Of a stretch of 64,000 nt of DNA, positions 27,079 to 40,409 are shown piece after piece. Where the stretch lies: contig OZ024753.1 in assembly GCA_964016885.1 (NCBI GenBank), positions 43,834,001 through 43,898,000 on the forward strand, written 5' to 3'. How positions within the stretch are numbered: position 1 is the first letter of the stretch; every line of letters starts with the position of its first letter. The position numbers and the translations under genes were made by a program. The DNA comes from Eledone cirrhosa. Taxonomy: Eukaryota. The notes under the pieces were generated by a model. That model worked only from the letters and a program-made list of their open reading frames with translations, had not been told where the DNA came from and did no database searches.

Positions 27079-27183
27079 CATCTGTGTGTGTATATATATA
27101 TGTATATATATGTATATATATATACACATCTGCGATTCTTTGCTTAAACTTTAATCTGTTATTTTAATAAATATTTATATATA

Positions 27184-27321
<138 letters not shown>

Positions 27322-27640
27322 TATACATATATATATACATCTGTGTATATATATATATATCATCATCATCATCATCATCATTTTACCTCCGCTTTTCCCT
27401 GCTTGCAAAAAGAGAGAGATATGTCCACTTTTCCATGTTGGATTACATATAATGCAAAGCATTTAGAAAGTTATTAATGAAATAAAGTGAAGAAATCTGC
27501 AATATAAATATAAACAAGTACCAGTAATACACTGGGATAATTGCTGGCCTTGTGCCTAAAGTAGAAATAATTATTACCACTCTTTACTATATGTTATTAT
27601 TATTAGTAACATTAACACTTTCATTGTAGTCATATAAAGA

Positions 27641-28045
27641 GTAGCACTGACATAGTTCTGGGGTCAGTGATGTGTTCATGTGTCTGTGTATAAGACCCTC
27701 ACCCATCTATCCCTTCACTTACTATCCTCCGTTCTCACATCAAACATCGTAGCACTGACACAGTTCTGGGGTCAATGATGTGTTCATGTGTCTGTGTATA
27801 AGACCCTCACCCATCTACCCCTTCACTTACTATCCTCCGCTCTCACATCAAACATCGTAGCACTCACACAGTTCTGGGGTCAATGGTGTGTTCATGTGTC
27901 TGTGTATAAGACCCTCACCCATCTACCCCTTCACTTACTATCCTCCGCTCTCACATCAAACATCGTAGCACTGACACAGTTCTGGGGTCAATGGTGTGTT
28001 CATATGTTCACATGTGTGTCTTTGTGTATAAGACTCTCACCTCCT
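27641..28045. repeat. 108-bp tandem repeat, ~3.7 copies
   Basis: GTAGCACT(G/C)AC recurs at 27641, 27749, 27857 and 27965. Confidence 0.95.
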
Positions 28046-28454
28046 TTACATATATCCTTGTGCCTGATGGGAGAGGCCAGTTTTAGACAGTGGTGGTCAT
28101 AACTGGACCCAGACACCTAAGGTGGCACATGTTAAGTGAATGATATATAATACAAACATATCTATCTATCTACCTACCTATGGAACTAGCTGTTGCAATG
28201 GCAAGAGCTCAGCCATCGAGGTCTCAACTCTTTGTAATAGTCATATATATATATATATGTGTAAATGCTGTCTGATCTCAGTCTGTGTGTGTTTGTGTGT
28301 TTGTATGTGTGTGTAAGTGGGTGTAGATTTATGTGTTTGTGTGTTTTTGTCTCTGTGTTTGCAAACACATATACAGACACACAGTCCTACATGTTTACTT
28401 GCATACAAAAACACACATACATATGTATCTATATATACACACACACACACAGAG

Positions 28455-28532
<78 letters not shown>

Positions 28533-28887
28533 ACACACACAGACACGTGAAGCTGTTGACCTTTCGTAGCATCTCATATCTATGGATTATTTTTCTATCA
28601 GCTGCATGATACATTACCTTGATTGTTCAGTTTGAGTTTGTGTTATTGCACACTCACTCACACATACATATACACGCACACATACATATATATATATGTA
28701 AATACACACACACACACATACACATACATATATATATATATGTAAATATACACACACACACATCACATACACACACACACATATATATATATATATTTTT
28801 TTTTTTAATTTATATTTATCTGTATACTGCTCAAACAGCAGTATACAGATAAATATGAGTTTTCCATATATATATATATATATATAT

Positions 28888-29091
28888 AATGAAGGAAATG
28901 TGGTAAGGAACCAGGTGGACCATAACGCACCAAAGTACTCAATACTTGAGGTAGTAGAGTGGATAATAGGAACCAGTAAGACCCCGACAGCTGAGCTCAA
29001 GCCGTTTCGACGGCTAATTCTGGACTAAAAATTTTAGTCCAGAATTAGCCGTCGAAACGGCTTGAGCTCAGCTGTCGGGGTCTTACTGGTG

Positions 29092-29096
<5 letters not shown>
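28888..29096 (-). mobile_element. Family B hammerhead repeat with inverted 5' copy (palindrome centred ~29030)
   Basis: Reverse complement of 1800-1940, plus a ~63-bp inverted arm; flanked by (TA)n. Confidence 0.8.
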
Positions 29097-29142
<46 letters not shown>

Positions 29143-29310
29143 ATTTATATGTATATATATATATAGTTTAGAAAAACATCATTTATATCATTTTGGTATA
29201 TTTTTTGGTGACATTGAAAAGAATTACTTCAGGTATATACTTACTACACCATTAATGTTGTAGAATTAAAGGTTCTAACTTAGAAACACACCTAAGAAAT
29301 ATATATATAA

Positions 29311-29498
29311 GTTTATCCCGGGTTCAGTGAGGAGTAACCACAGTAAGGAAGGTACTCAATACAAAACAGTGTATAAATATTTAATATAGAAAAGGCTTCT
29401 ACAGGACTAGAACTGTTTCATTCTGGAGAAATCATCAGGATGATTTCTCCAGAATGAAACAGTTCTAGTCCTGTAGAAGCCATTTCTATATTGAATAT
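29311..29498 (-). mobile_element. Family C hammerhead repeat with inverted 5' copy (palindrome centred ~29437)
   Basis: Minus strand reads CCTGATGATTTCTCCAGAATGAAACAGTTCTAGTCCTGTAGAAGCC; stem I is truncated. Confidence 0.8.
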
Positions 29499-29813
29499 TA
29501 TATATATATATATATATTTTTTGTAAGGTGGCTGTGTAGAAGACATGGTAAAAAGGCTCCCAGTCCACACTGTAAATGTGGTTGGTGTTAGGAAGGGCAT
29601 CCAGCTGTAAAAAACCTGCCAGAATCACTTCCTTATGAGTGAAACATGGTCACCCGACCATTCCCGCATCAAATGGAACAAAACCGTCTAACCCATGCTA
29701 GCATGGAAGATGGTCATTAAATGATGATGATGATATATATATATAGTAATAATAATAAATTATTGCAACGTTTTTTGAAATATCCACTTCTGCGTTTACA
29801 GATTGACTTTGTT

Positions 29814-29864
29814 AGTTTCAGAAGATCCTGTTAAAGGTGAAAGCAGCGATTCTTTGCTTAAACT
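29814..29864 (+). ncRNA. Atypical hammerhead-like motif, family E (core CAGAAGA, triplet CUU)
   Basis: AGTTT-CAGAAGA-tCCT(gttaa)AGGt-GAAA-GCA(gcgattctt)TGC-TT-AAACT; all three stems pair. Confidence 0.55.
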
Positions 29865-29880
29865 TTAATCTGTTATTTTA

Positions 29881-29928
<48 letters not shown>

Positions 29929-29940
29929 AAGGTATATATT

Positions 29941-30177
29941 GAGTTAGAAACTCAAAATAGTCTTTTACAATTAAATAGCTCAAGGAAAGAGATTTTTCCG
30001 AGCCTTATATTATAATTGAATATAAAAGAGAGATAAATTCAGATATATAGACATGTGTTCAAATTGTAAGGGACCGGGTTTGCTCGGCTGAAAAAAATAC
30101 TAACTATAACCAATACGATTTGAACACATATGTCTATATATCTGTGTTTATTTCTCTTTTATATTCAATTATAATTA
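29941..30177 (-). mobile_element. Repeat family F with ~58-bp inverted arms and a 45-bp spacer
   Basis: 30011-30068 inverted at 30114-30175; 29941-30005 is the reverse complement of 4372-4434. Confidence 0.65.
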
Positions 30178-30192
30178 TATATACTGTATATA

Positions 30193-30468
30193 CTCTGGAT
30201 GTCGGTGAGTGTGTCCAGCAAACCTCAGCCTCCTCTGTGTCACTTTTGAGCTGACTTTTGGGAGGCTCCTGTACAGCTCTGAGTTCTTCATCCTGTGGGA
30301 GCCCCTGCATGGACACACTAGAAGAGGAAGACCGAGGTTAACATATGTTGATGCCCTAAGCACAGACACTGGTCTCTTTGAGACGCAGGACATGGCAGCG
30401 ATAATGAGGGGCAGAGACCGCTGGAGAGAACTCATCCATGGATCTCGGGAATTTTACCCGCCCTAGAC
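30193..30468 (+). mobile_element. RTE-like LINE 3' fragment with inverted 5' segment
   Basis: Plus strand ILWEPLHGHTRRGRPRLTYVDAL...PP*; minus strand MKNSELYRSLPKVSSKVTQRRLRFAGHTHRHPE. Confidence 0.8.
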
Positions 30469-30741
30469 ATATATATATATTCTTAGATTATCAGTTTAAC
30501 TGAGTTCAGTATGTTTCATAAATTCCGATAGAACCAACATTGCGATTATTACTCTAATATCTTTTTATGCCATCAACAAAGTATCTTTACATCTTTACAT
30601 CAAATAGTAGGAGCTGAAAAACAACTATATATATATATTATGTGATTGTAGTATACATCTTGAATGCTTTACAAATCTGTTTCACTTTCAATATTTCTAG
30701 CTATATATATATATCTTATCACTCTCCCTCTAACATATATG

Positions 30742-30776
<35 letters not shown>

Positions 30777-31939
30777 CGTATGTAAATATGTGTGCGTGTG
30801 TATGTAAATATGTGTGTGTGTATGTAAATGTGTGTGTGTGTGTGTTTATATATAAACATACATACATGTATGCATTATCGTATTCATTATTTTCATGGTG
30901 ACTGAAATCTACCAGGTTGCATATATCAATACTTCTCATTATTTGTCATTTCATCTATGAAGTCTAACACTCCATGACGTAAGCTTTACAATAGAATGTT
31001 AAACTATGATGTTATTTAAACCCAGATCTTCCCTCATTCAGGTGTTGTATAACTGAAGCCATTCCACCTACAGTTATCCTACTTTTCATTCATACAATAA
31101 TGTTTTTAAGCCATTACATTATTCAATCTATGAGCTTGCTAGTTCGATTCCTGGTCTAGGCAATGTGTTATGTCCTTGAGCAAGACACATTATTTCTCTT
31201 TGCTCTTTCTGCCAGGAGTTGCAACCAGTAGATAGTATCAGCAATGGAAAGACCAGAGGAAACATTGTTTCTTTGGTCAGATTTGAAACGTTTCATGAAC
31301 AAAAAAAACAGAATTGATTATCTCAATAAATTAAGGAAGTACATTCTGCGAGAAGGGCTCACTTCCTCATATTGGCCCATGCCAAATTCTTTTTCTGTCT
31401 TTTAAGGGTGTTCAACTTATTTTATAATCTTTTATAGTATTTCCGCACTTGAGCACTTTCTTTATACTTATATATATATATATATATATATACACATTTA
31501 TATCTATACATTTATTTATATTTGAGTATGTGTGTGTACATATATGTATATTCACACATATACACACACACACATCTGAGATGTAACATAGTTTTGTTAT
31601 GCATCATTATGTATTCATTTAATATTTTTTATCCGTAAAAAAAAACAAAAAAAAAGACAAAAAAAACTTTTGACTTTGTATTACATATTTTTTTCTAGAA
31701 TATTCTGAAATCAAATTTATCTATATTATTGATTAAGCTTGAAATATTTGTCACATAATTGCATTTGACCATATAAGGTCATTGTTTCAGATAATAAAAT
31801 ATTTAGTGCATAATAAATCTATTTTATGAAATTCAAACAACCTAAAATTTAATTAGAATTAATTAAGAAGACATAAAATATTCTGGCTTCAACTTCTAAA
31901 CTTACCATATAAGGAGACCAAATATATATATATTATATA

Positions 31940-31971
<32 letters not shown>

Positions 31972-32097
31972 CTCACTGTAAATGAGGTTGGTGTTAGGAA
32001 GGGCATCCAGCTGTAGAAATCAAGCCAGAATCAGTTCCCATCCCACCCTTGCAAACAGGGAAAAGCGGAGGTAAAATGATGATGATGATAATGATGA
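31972..32097 (+). mobile_element. SINE family A, 3' fragment
   Basis: Matches 13632-13752. Confidence 0.85.
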
Positions 32098-32892
32098 TAT
32101 AAGTGTATATAAACCCGTAGAGCAAATATTTATTAGTAGAGTTTAAAGTTTAAGCAAAGAATTTTTGCTTTCACCATATACAGGATCTTACTCTAGGGGT
32201 AGAGGTTTTGTTAAGCAACCTAAATATTCCATTCAGTCTAACGAAATGGTCATAAATCAATTAAATGATTCAATTGGCTGCCCTTGTTTGGAGAGCATGT
32301 GCAAGCTCAGCAGCAACTAGTGGTTGCTTGCATGTAACTTGCTCATACTGCGGATTTCCTCTCATACTACATGACAAAAGTTCGGACAAGCCTCTTCTCG
32401 TACAGCAAATAACTCGTATAATGTGGCACTCCTGCTGTGAAGTTCTACTGTATATTGAAGAGATAGAATCCTGAGAGCAAGCGCTGCAGTTTCAGCTTGT
32501 TTCCTTAAGTATTCTCAAGGGTATTGAAAATAGATAAACATATACATGTGTGTGTGTCAGCATGACCTTTTGGCTTGTATAAACTCTTCCCTCTGTTCAT
32601 TTACAGTTAAGACACTTTATTCTCAGGTCAGTGAACGCTTATGTTAAAATCTTCCCTAGTGAATGATTTACTATTCTCCACTAGTTTCATATGGGATAAA
32701 CAGCTGCTTGTGAAAGCTATAGTTTTTCTTGGTGAAGAATTTATCAACTTGATATTGACTGGTTAACATTCAATGACCTATGGATAAACGCTGGATGAAT
32801 TCCGAGCCAGAAGATGGATTGGAAAAGGAATTTATGCCAACAAACAGCTCCCCCTGCTATGTGTTGCTTTCAGAAGTAAGAAGTAATGCTAA

Positions 32893-33072
32893 TAATTGTT
32901 TCTACTTTTGGCACAAGGCCAGCAATTACCCAATGTATTACTGGTACTTTATTTTATCAACCCCGTAAGGATGAAAGATAAAGTTAACCTCGGCAGGATT
33001 TGAACTCAGACTGTAAAGGGATGTAACTCTATGCTAGAAAGCATGGCATCCAACCCTCTACCGATACTGCCA
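32893..33072 (-). mobile_element. SINE family B
   Basis: Reverse complement of 20224-20417; another partial copy at 33190-33370. Confidence 0.85.
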
Positions 33073-33368
33073 AAAGTAGAAACAATTATTAATAATAATG
33101 AAGCACCAGTGGTGCGCTGAGGTCAATTTAATATACTTCCCCTCCCCCAAAATTGTTGGCTTTGTGCCTAAATCAGAAACCATTTAGCAGTATTGGTCTA
33201 GCGTCAGACACCATGCTTCATGGCATAGAGTTACAGCCCTGCCGAGGTTAGCTTTGCCTTTCATCCTTATGGAGTCAATAAAATAAAGTACCAGTAATTC
33301 ACTGGAGTTGATTTAATTGACTTTCCCCTCCACCCCAAAATTGCAGGCCTTGTGCCTAAATCAGAAAC

Positions 33369-33405
<37 letters not shown>

Positions 33406-33963
33406 TAAACTTTTAATAATGGCCAATGTTGTTTGAGGTGAAGTGAAAGGCTGACCTATGTAAAATATTGATAAAATATGACAAATCAATATATATAAAT
33501 ATACAAAATATAAATTTACAAATAATTAAATAATTAAATGAAAGTATGTATGTGTGTGTGTGTGTATTTATGTGTGTGTGTTGGAGATGAAAATTAGAGG
33601 CAATAAACTGAGTTGTTGGATGAAGGCAAACACAAGGTTTTATTTATTTTATTTTTTTCTTATTCATTTTAATTTATATTTTTCCCTCCATTTTTTTTTT
33701 TTTGTTTTGTTTTCTGTTTCTGAAATATTTTGTCATACAATGCTGCAAATTTATAGATTTACGAAAGTGATTTATTTCTAGAAAGGATTATATTTGGTAA
33801 AAAATATGTATATTAATGATTTTAACTGAATTGAATTACTCTAATTAATAACTGTGGAGATATGTAACCTGAGAATCTGTAACAGTAGCTGTGTTAGAAA
33901 TAATAAGTTTAGCATAACACCATCAAAATTAGCCAAATTCTCATTAACTCTTAAAGTGCTGTT

Positions 33964-34680
33964 GCATATATTGAGCATATATCAAGTATATATCAAGTAT
34001 ATATCAAGTATATATCAAGCATATATTAAGCATATATTGAGCAAATATCGAGTATATATCAAGCATATATTAAGCATATATCAAGCATATATCAAGCAAA
34101 TATCGAGCATATATAAAGCAAATATCGAGCATATATCGAGCATGTATCAAGCATATATCGAACATATATTGAGCATATATCGAACATATATTGAGCATAT
34201 ATCGAACATATATTGAGCATATATCGAGCAAATATCTAGCAAATATCGAACATATATTGAGCATATATCGAGCAAATATCTAGCAAATATCGAGCATATA
34301 TTGAGCATGTATCAAGCATATATCGAACATATATTGAGCATATATTGAGCATATAACAAGCATATATCGAGCATATATCGAGCATATGTTAAGCATATAT
34401 TGGGCATATATCAAGTATATATCGAGCATATATTGATCATATATCAAGTATATATCGAGCATATATTGATCATATATCGAGCATATATCGAGCACATATT
34501 GATCATATATCGAGCATATATCAAGCATATATCAAGCATATATCGAGCAAATATTGAGCAAATATCTAGCATATGTCAAGCATATATTGGGCATATATCG
34601 AACATATATTGAGCATATATCGAGTATATATCGAGTATATATTGAGTATATATTGAGTATATATCAAGCATATATCGAAC
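33964..34680. repeat. 11-bp minisatellite (GAGCATATAT(C/T))n, ~65 copies
   Basis: Visible 11-bp period with transitions. Confidence 0.95.
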
Positions 34681-34732
34681 AATGGAATTAGCTGGAATGA
34701 ACTCTGTACAGGGAGGATCACGTGAAGGTTGT

Positions 34733-37700
34733 GATCTCACATCCCACTGCAGTAGCGATCTCACATCCCACTGCTGTAGCAATCACACATCCGACTGCTG
34801 TAGCGATCCCACTGCTGTAGCGATCTCACATCCCACTGCTGTAGCGATCTCACATCCCACTGCTGTAGCGATCTCACATCCCACTGCTGTAGCGATCTCA
34901 CATCCCACTGCTGTAGCAATCACACATCCGACTGCTGTAGCGATCCCACTGCTGTAGCGATCTCACATCCCACTGCTGTAGCAATCACACATCCCACTTC
35001 TGTAGCGATCTCACATCCCACTGCTGTAGCAATCTCACACCCCACTGCTGTAGCGATCTCACATCCCACTTCTGTAGCGATGTCACATCCCACTGCTGTA
35101 GCGATCTCACATCCCACTGCTGTAGCAATCTCACATCCCACTGCTGTAGCGATCTCACATCCCACTGCTGTAGCGATCTCACATCCCACTGCTGTAGCAA
35201 TCACACATCCCACTTCTGTAGCGATCTCACATCCTACTGCTGTAGCAATCACACATCCCACTTCTGTAGCGATCTCACATCCCACTGCTGTAGCGATCTC
35301 ACATCCCACTGCTGTAGCGATCTCACATCCCACTTCTGTAGCGATCTCACATCCCACTTCTGTAGCGATCTCACATCCCACTTCTGTAGCGATCTCACAT
35401 CCCACTTCTGTAGCGATCTCACATCCCACTTCTGTAGCGATCTCACATCCCACTTCTGTAGCGATCTCACATCCCACTTCTGTAGCGATGTCACATCCTA
35501 CTGCTGTAGCGATCTCACATCCCACTTCTGTAGCGATCTCACATCCCACTTCTGTAGCGATCTCACATCCCACTTCTGTAGCGATCTCACATCCCACTTC
35601 TGTAGCGATGTCACATCCTACTGCTGTAGCGATCTCACATCCCACTTCTGTAGCGATCTCACATCCCACTTCTGTAGCGATGTCACATCCCACTTCTGTA
35701 GCGATCTCACATCCCACTTCTGTAGCGATGTCACATCCTACTGCTGTAGCGATCTCACATCCCACTTCTGTAGCGATCTCACATCCCACTTCTGTAGCGA
35801 TGTCACATCCCACTTCTGTAGCGATCTCACATCCCACTTCTGTAGCGATCTCACATCCCACTTCTGTAGCGATCTCACAAGCCACTTCTGTAGCGATGTC
35901 ACATCCCACTGCTGTAGCGATGTCACATCCTACTGCTGTAGCGATCTCACATCCCACTGCTGTAGCGATGTCACATCCTACTGCTGTAGCGATCTCACAT
36001 CCCACTGCTGTAGCGATCTCACATCCCACTGCTGTAGCGATCTCACATCCCACTTCTGTAGCGATCTCACATCCCACTTCTGTAGCGATGTCACATCCTA
36101 CTGCTGTAGCGATCTCACATCCCACTGCTGTAGCAATCTCACATCCCACTGCTGTAGCGATGTCACATCCCACTTCTGTAGCGATCTCACATCCCACTTC
36201 TGTAGCGATCTCACATCCCACTTCTGTAGCGATGTCACATCCCACTGCTGTAGCGATCTCACATCCCACTGCTGTAGCGATCTCACATCCCACTGCTGTA
36301 GCGATCTCACACCCCACTGCTGTAGCGATGTCACATCCTACTGCTGTAGCGATCTCACATCCTACTGCTGTAGCGATCTCACATCCCACTTCTGTAGCGA
36401 TGTCACATCCCACTTCTGTAGCGATGTCACATCCTACTGCTGTAGCGATGTCACATCCTACTTCTGTAGCGATCTCACATCCCACTGCTGTAGCGATCTC
36501 ACATCCCACTTCTGTAGCGATCTCACATCCCACTTCTGTAGCGATCTCACATCCCACTTCTGTAGCGATCTCACATCCCACTTCTGTAGCGATCTCACAT
36601 CCCACTTCTGTAGCGATCTCACATCCCACTTCTGTAGCGATCTCACATCCCACTTCTGTAGCGATGTCACATCCTACTGCTGTAGCGATGTCACATCCCA
36701 CTGCTGTAGCGATCTCACATCCCACTGCTGTAGCGATCTCACATCCCACTGCTGTAGCGATCTCACATCCCACTGCTGTAGCGATCTCACATCCCACTGC
36801 TGTAGCGATCTCACATCCCACTTCTGTAGCGATCTCACATCCCACTGCTGTAGCGATCTCACATCCCACTGCTGTAGCGATCTCACATCCCACTTCTGTA
36901 GCGATCTCACATCCCACTTCTGTAGCGATGTCACATCCCACTTCTGTAGCGATCTCACATCCCACTTCTGTAGCGATCTCACATCCCACTGCTGTAGCGA
37001 TCTCACATCCCACTGCTGTAGCAATCTCACATCCCACTGCTGTAGCGATCTCACATCCCACTGCTGTAGCGATGTCACATCCTACTTCTGTAGCGATCTC
37101 ACATCCCACTGCTGTAGCAATCTCACATCCCACTGCTGTAGCGATCTCACATCCTACTGCTGTAGCGATGTCACATCCTACTTCTGTAGCGATGTCACAT
37201 CCTACTTCTGTAGCGATCTCACATCCCACTGCTGTAGCGATCTCACATCCCACTGCTGTAGCGATGTCACATCCTACTTCTGTAGCGATCTCACATCCCA
37301 CTGCTGTAGCGATCTCACATCCCACTGCTGTAGCGATCTCACATCCCACTGCTGTAGCAATCTCACATCCCACTGCTGTAGCGATGTCACATCCCACTGC
37401 TGTAGCAATCTCACATCCCACTGCTGTAGCGATGTCACATCCCACTGCTGTAGCGATCTCACATCCCACTGCTGTAGCGATGTCACATCCCACTGCTGTA
37501 GCAATCTCATATCCCACTGCTGTAGCAATCTCACATCCCACTGCTGTAGCGATCCCACTTCTGTAGCGATCTCACATCCCACTGCTGTAGCAATCTCACA
37601 TCCCACTGCTGTAGCAATCTCACATCCCACTGCTGTAGCAATCTCACATCCCACTTCTGTAGCAATCTCACATCCCACTGCTGTAGCGATCACACATCCC

Positions 37701-37834
37701 ACTGCTGTAGCAATCACACATCCCACTGCTGTAGCGATCTCACATCCCACTGCTGTAGCAATCACACATCCCACTGCTGTAGCGATCTCACATCCCACTG
37801 CTGTAGCGATCTCACATCCCACTGCTGTAGCGAT
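34733..37834. repeat. 24-bp minisatellite (ATCTCACATCCCACT(G/T)CTGTAGCG)n, ~129 copies
   Basis: Highly homogeneous array; reads (ISHPTAVA)n on plus and (GCEIATAV)n on minus. Confidence 0.98.
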
Positions 37835-38131
37835 TTAACAGTAAATATCTAAAAATATGTTTGTTAATTCAAATGTTTATTGAATTATTACTACTGCGTA
37901 GGTTGTTGGAAAGTCAAGTAGAAATGATTTTTAGTAGTTATTGGAAGTGGCGCAGTGTGAAATAAAGTGTTTTGCTCAAGGATACAATGCACTATCAGCA
38001 TCTTGCTCAAAAACAAAACATGACACCTTGTCCGGAGATTCAGCCTATGACTTCATGAACATCAGTTGAACTCCCCTAATGACTAGGCTATGCATCTTCA
38101 CCATATAATTATTGAAAGAACCTGCCAATCC

Positions 38132-38367
38132 TTAACCCTTTAACATTTAAACCGGCCGTATCCGTCCAGAATTCTCTCACCTCTTTCTGTTCAAACCGGC
38201 CATAACTGGCCACTCATATTGATGTTAAGGTATTGTTCTCAAAATAAATAACATGAAAATCTCATAGATTTGATATTATGTGAGATAATTATGTAAGGTA
38301 AAGAGTTTACTATGAAAATATAATATGTAATGTAATATAATATATAATGTAAATGCTAAAGGGTTAA
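38132..38367. mobile_element. piggyBac-type MITE family 1, complete
   Basis: TTAA-CCCTTTAACATTTA ... TAAATGCTAAAGGG-TTAA. Confidence 0.85.
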
Positions 38368-38641
38368 ACCAAGAATGGAAAACATTTTTCAAGCAGAATA
38401 TGCCTCAACATAAGGCAGGTTGTGCTGTTAAAAATTTCAAGGCAATTTTTGAAAAACTAGGTGTGCCATTCAGAAAGCCAAACGTGCAACAGGCTGCAGT
38501 TGCTCATGACAGCACTAGATTATAATAGATGAGTGTAAACTACATTTCTGTATACCAGTACATTTCTCTCTAACTATATATATAGAGAGAGAGAAGTAAA
38601 ACACTGGAAGGTAGAGCACTCAGTCCATGGGACGAGTTAGG

Positions 38642-38727
38642 TAGAAGTAGTAACACAACAGTTAGTTCACAATACTGAGAACAATTGTTCTCGATATGGT
38701 GAACTAACTGTTGTGTTACCACTTCTA
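38642..38727. repeat. ~43-bp-arm imperfect palindrome centred on AACAATTGTT
   Basis: TAGAAGTAGTAACACAACAGTTAGTTCAC / GTGAACTAACTGTTGTGTTACCACTTCTA. Confidence 0.85.
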
Positions 38728-38758
<31 letters not shown>

Positions 38759-38797
38759 ATATTTATATATATATTTATATATAAATATATATATATT

Positions 38798-38861
<64 letters not shown>

Positions 38862-39396
38862 CTATTTCACTATAAACATTTAAAAGATTACATTACAAAT
38901 AATACCGAAGTAGAATACAAAGAACACAAGAAAACAAATCTTTATTAGACTATCTGAAGGCTATATACAAGAGTAGTTCAAGTATCACTCTATAAGGAAC
39001 TATAGAACTAGAATTCTTACTACTTCTTACAGATATCATTCATGGCTTTTATACGATGATTCTTTTGTTTTGTTCTTTAGAATGGAAATCATAAGTAAGA
39101 AGACTTCAAATTTCATGCAATAAACACCTGTATGATAACAGAGAATATAGAAGTTATAAGCTGCAATTTTACATGTGATGGAGCTGTACAGACAAACAAT
39201 AAATATCTTGTTGTTGTGAGGAGAGAAGTAGAAAGATGTAGTTTCGTTTTATCTTAGGGGTATAAATATAAAAAAGATTGTATTTTAAAAAATAAAAAAA
39301 ACTGAGATGAAAAACTGGGGAACAAAATATAATGGATATTGAAGTAGAAGAATTAGAGTTGTAGCAACATAAGTTTCAGGGAGGCAAGATATCCTC

Positions 39397-40005
39397 ACCA
39401 TCACCACCATCATCACCATCATCACCATCATCACCGTCATCATTGTCATAGTTACGACCACCACTGCTATTACCATCATCATCATTACCACCACCACCAT
39501 CACCACCATCATTACCACCACCACCACCACCATCATCGCCGTCATCATTATCACCACCACCACCACCACCACTTCCATCATCATCACCACTTCCATCATC
39601 ACCACCACCACCACCACCACTGCCATCATCATCACCATCATCATCATTACCACCACCACCACCATCACCATCATCATTATCACCACCACCACCACCACTT
39701 CCATCATCATCACCACCATCACCGCCACCACCACTGCCATCATCATCACCATCATCAACATCATCATCATTACCACCACCACCACCATCATCATCACCAT
39801 CATTACCGTCGTCACCACCATCACCACCACCATCACCAACATCACCACCATTGTCATTATCATCATCATCATCATCATTGTCATCGTCACCACCACCACC
39901 ATCACCACCATCGTCATTGTCACCATCATCGTCACACCACCTCCATCACCACCATCACCACCATCACCATCATCGTCACCACCACCATCATCCTCATCAT
40001 CTCCA
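39397..40005. repeat. (CAC/CAT)n trinucleotide tract
   Basis: Visible simple repeat. Confidence 0.95.
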
Positions 40006-40409
40006 TTGTCTACATTCAGATTTAGGTGTTTGATGGCCCCTATTTACATCTAGGGATATTCACTGATTCCTTTGTATTTGTTCTAGGTGTGTCTATGTTC
40101 CGATTTAGGGGGTTGACAACGATCCTATTTGCTTATCTACATTAGATAATACTGTTATTACATGAACCCCTAAAAAGATGACCTAATCATAACGAGAATT
40201 CCTTCCATCGTAACCCCTTGTTTCCCTGTTCTGGGTGGTTGACCTGGGGTTAAACAACAACTGTGATTAATCAGTTTTATTCTTCAGCAGGGATGTTTTT
40301 CATTGCTATAAAGTTTGAAGCATTATGGCGCTTTTAACAGATTCTCTATGACAGGAACTTAAAATGTTGTAATGTACATTGTTAAATATAAAAGATAAAA
40401 TAGAGAGAG

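Noticed and set aside
32240-32880. Higher-complexity stretch with 60-70 codon open frames
   Set aside because: No motif recognised; possibly a decayed transposon, needs a translated search
34733-37834. CRISPR-like array
   Set aside because: Head-to-tail units with no unique spacers, in a eukaryotic context with no cas genes
39081-39215. Exon-like segment (tttag ... gtgagg)
   Set aside because: In-frame TAA and no recognisable homology
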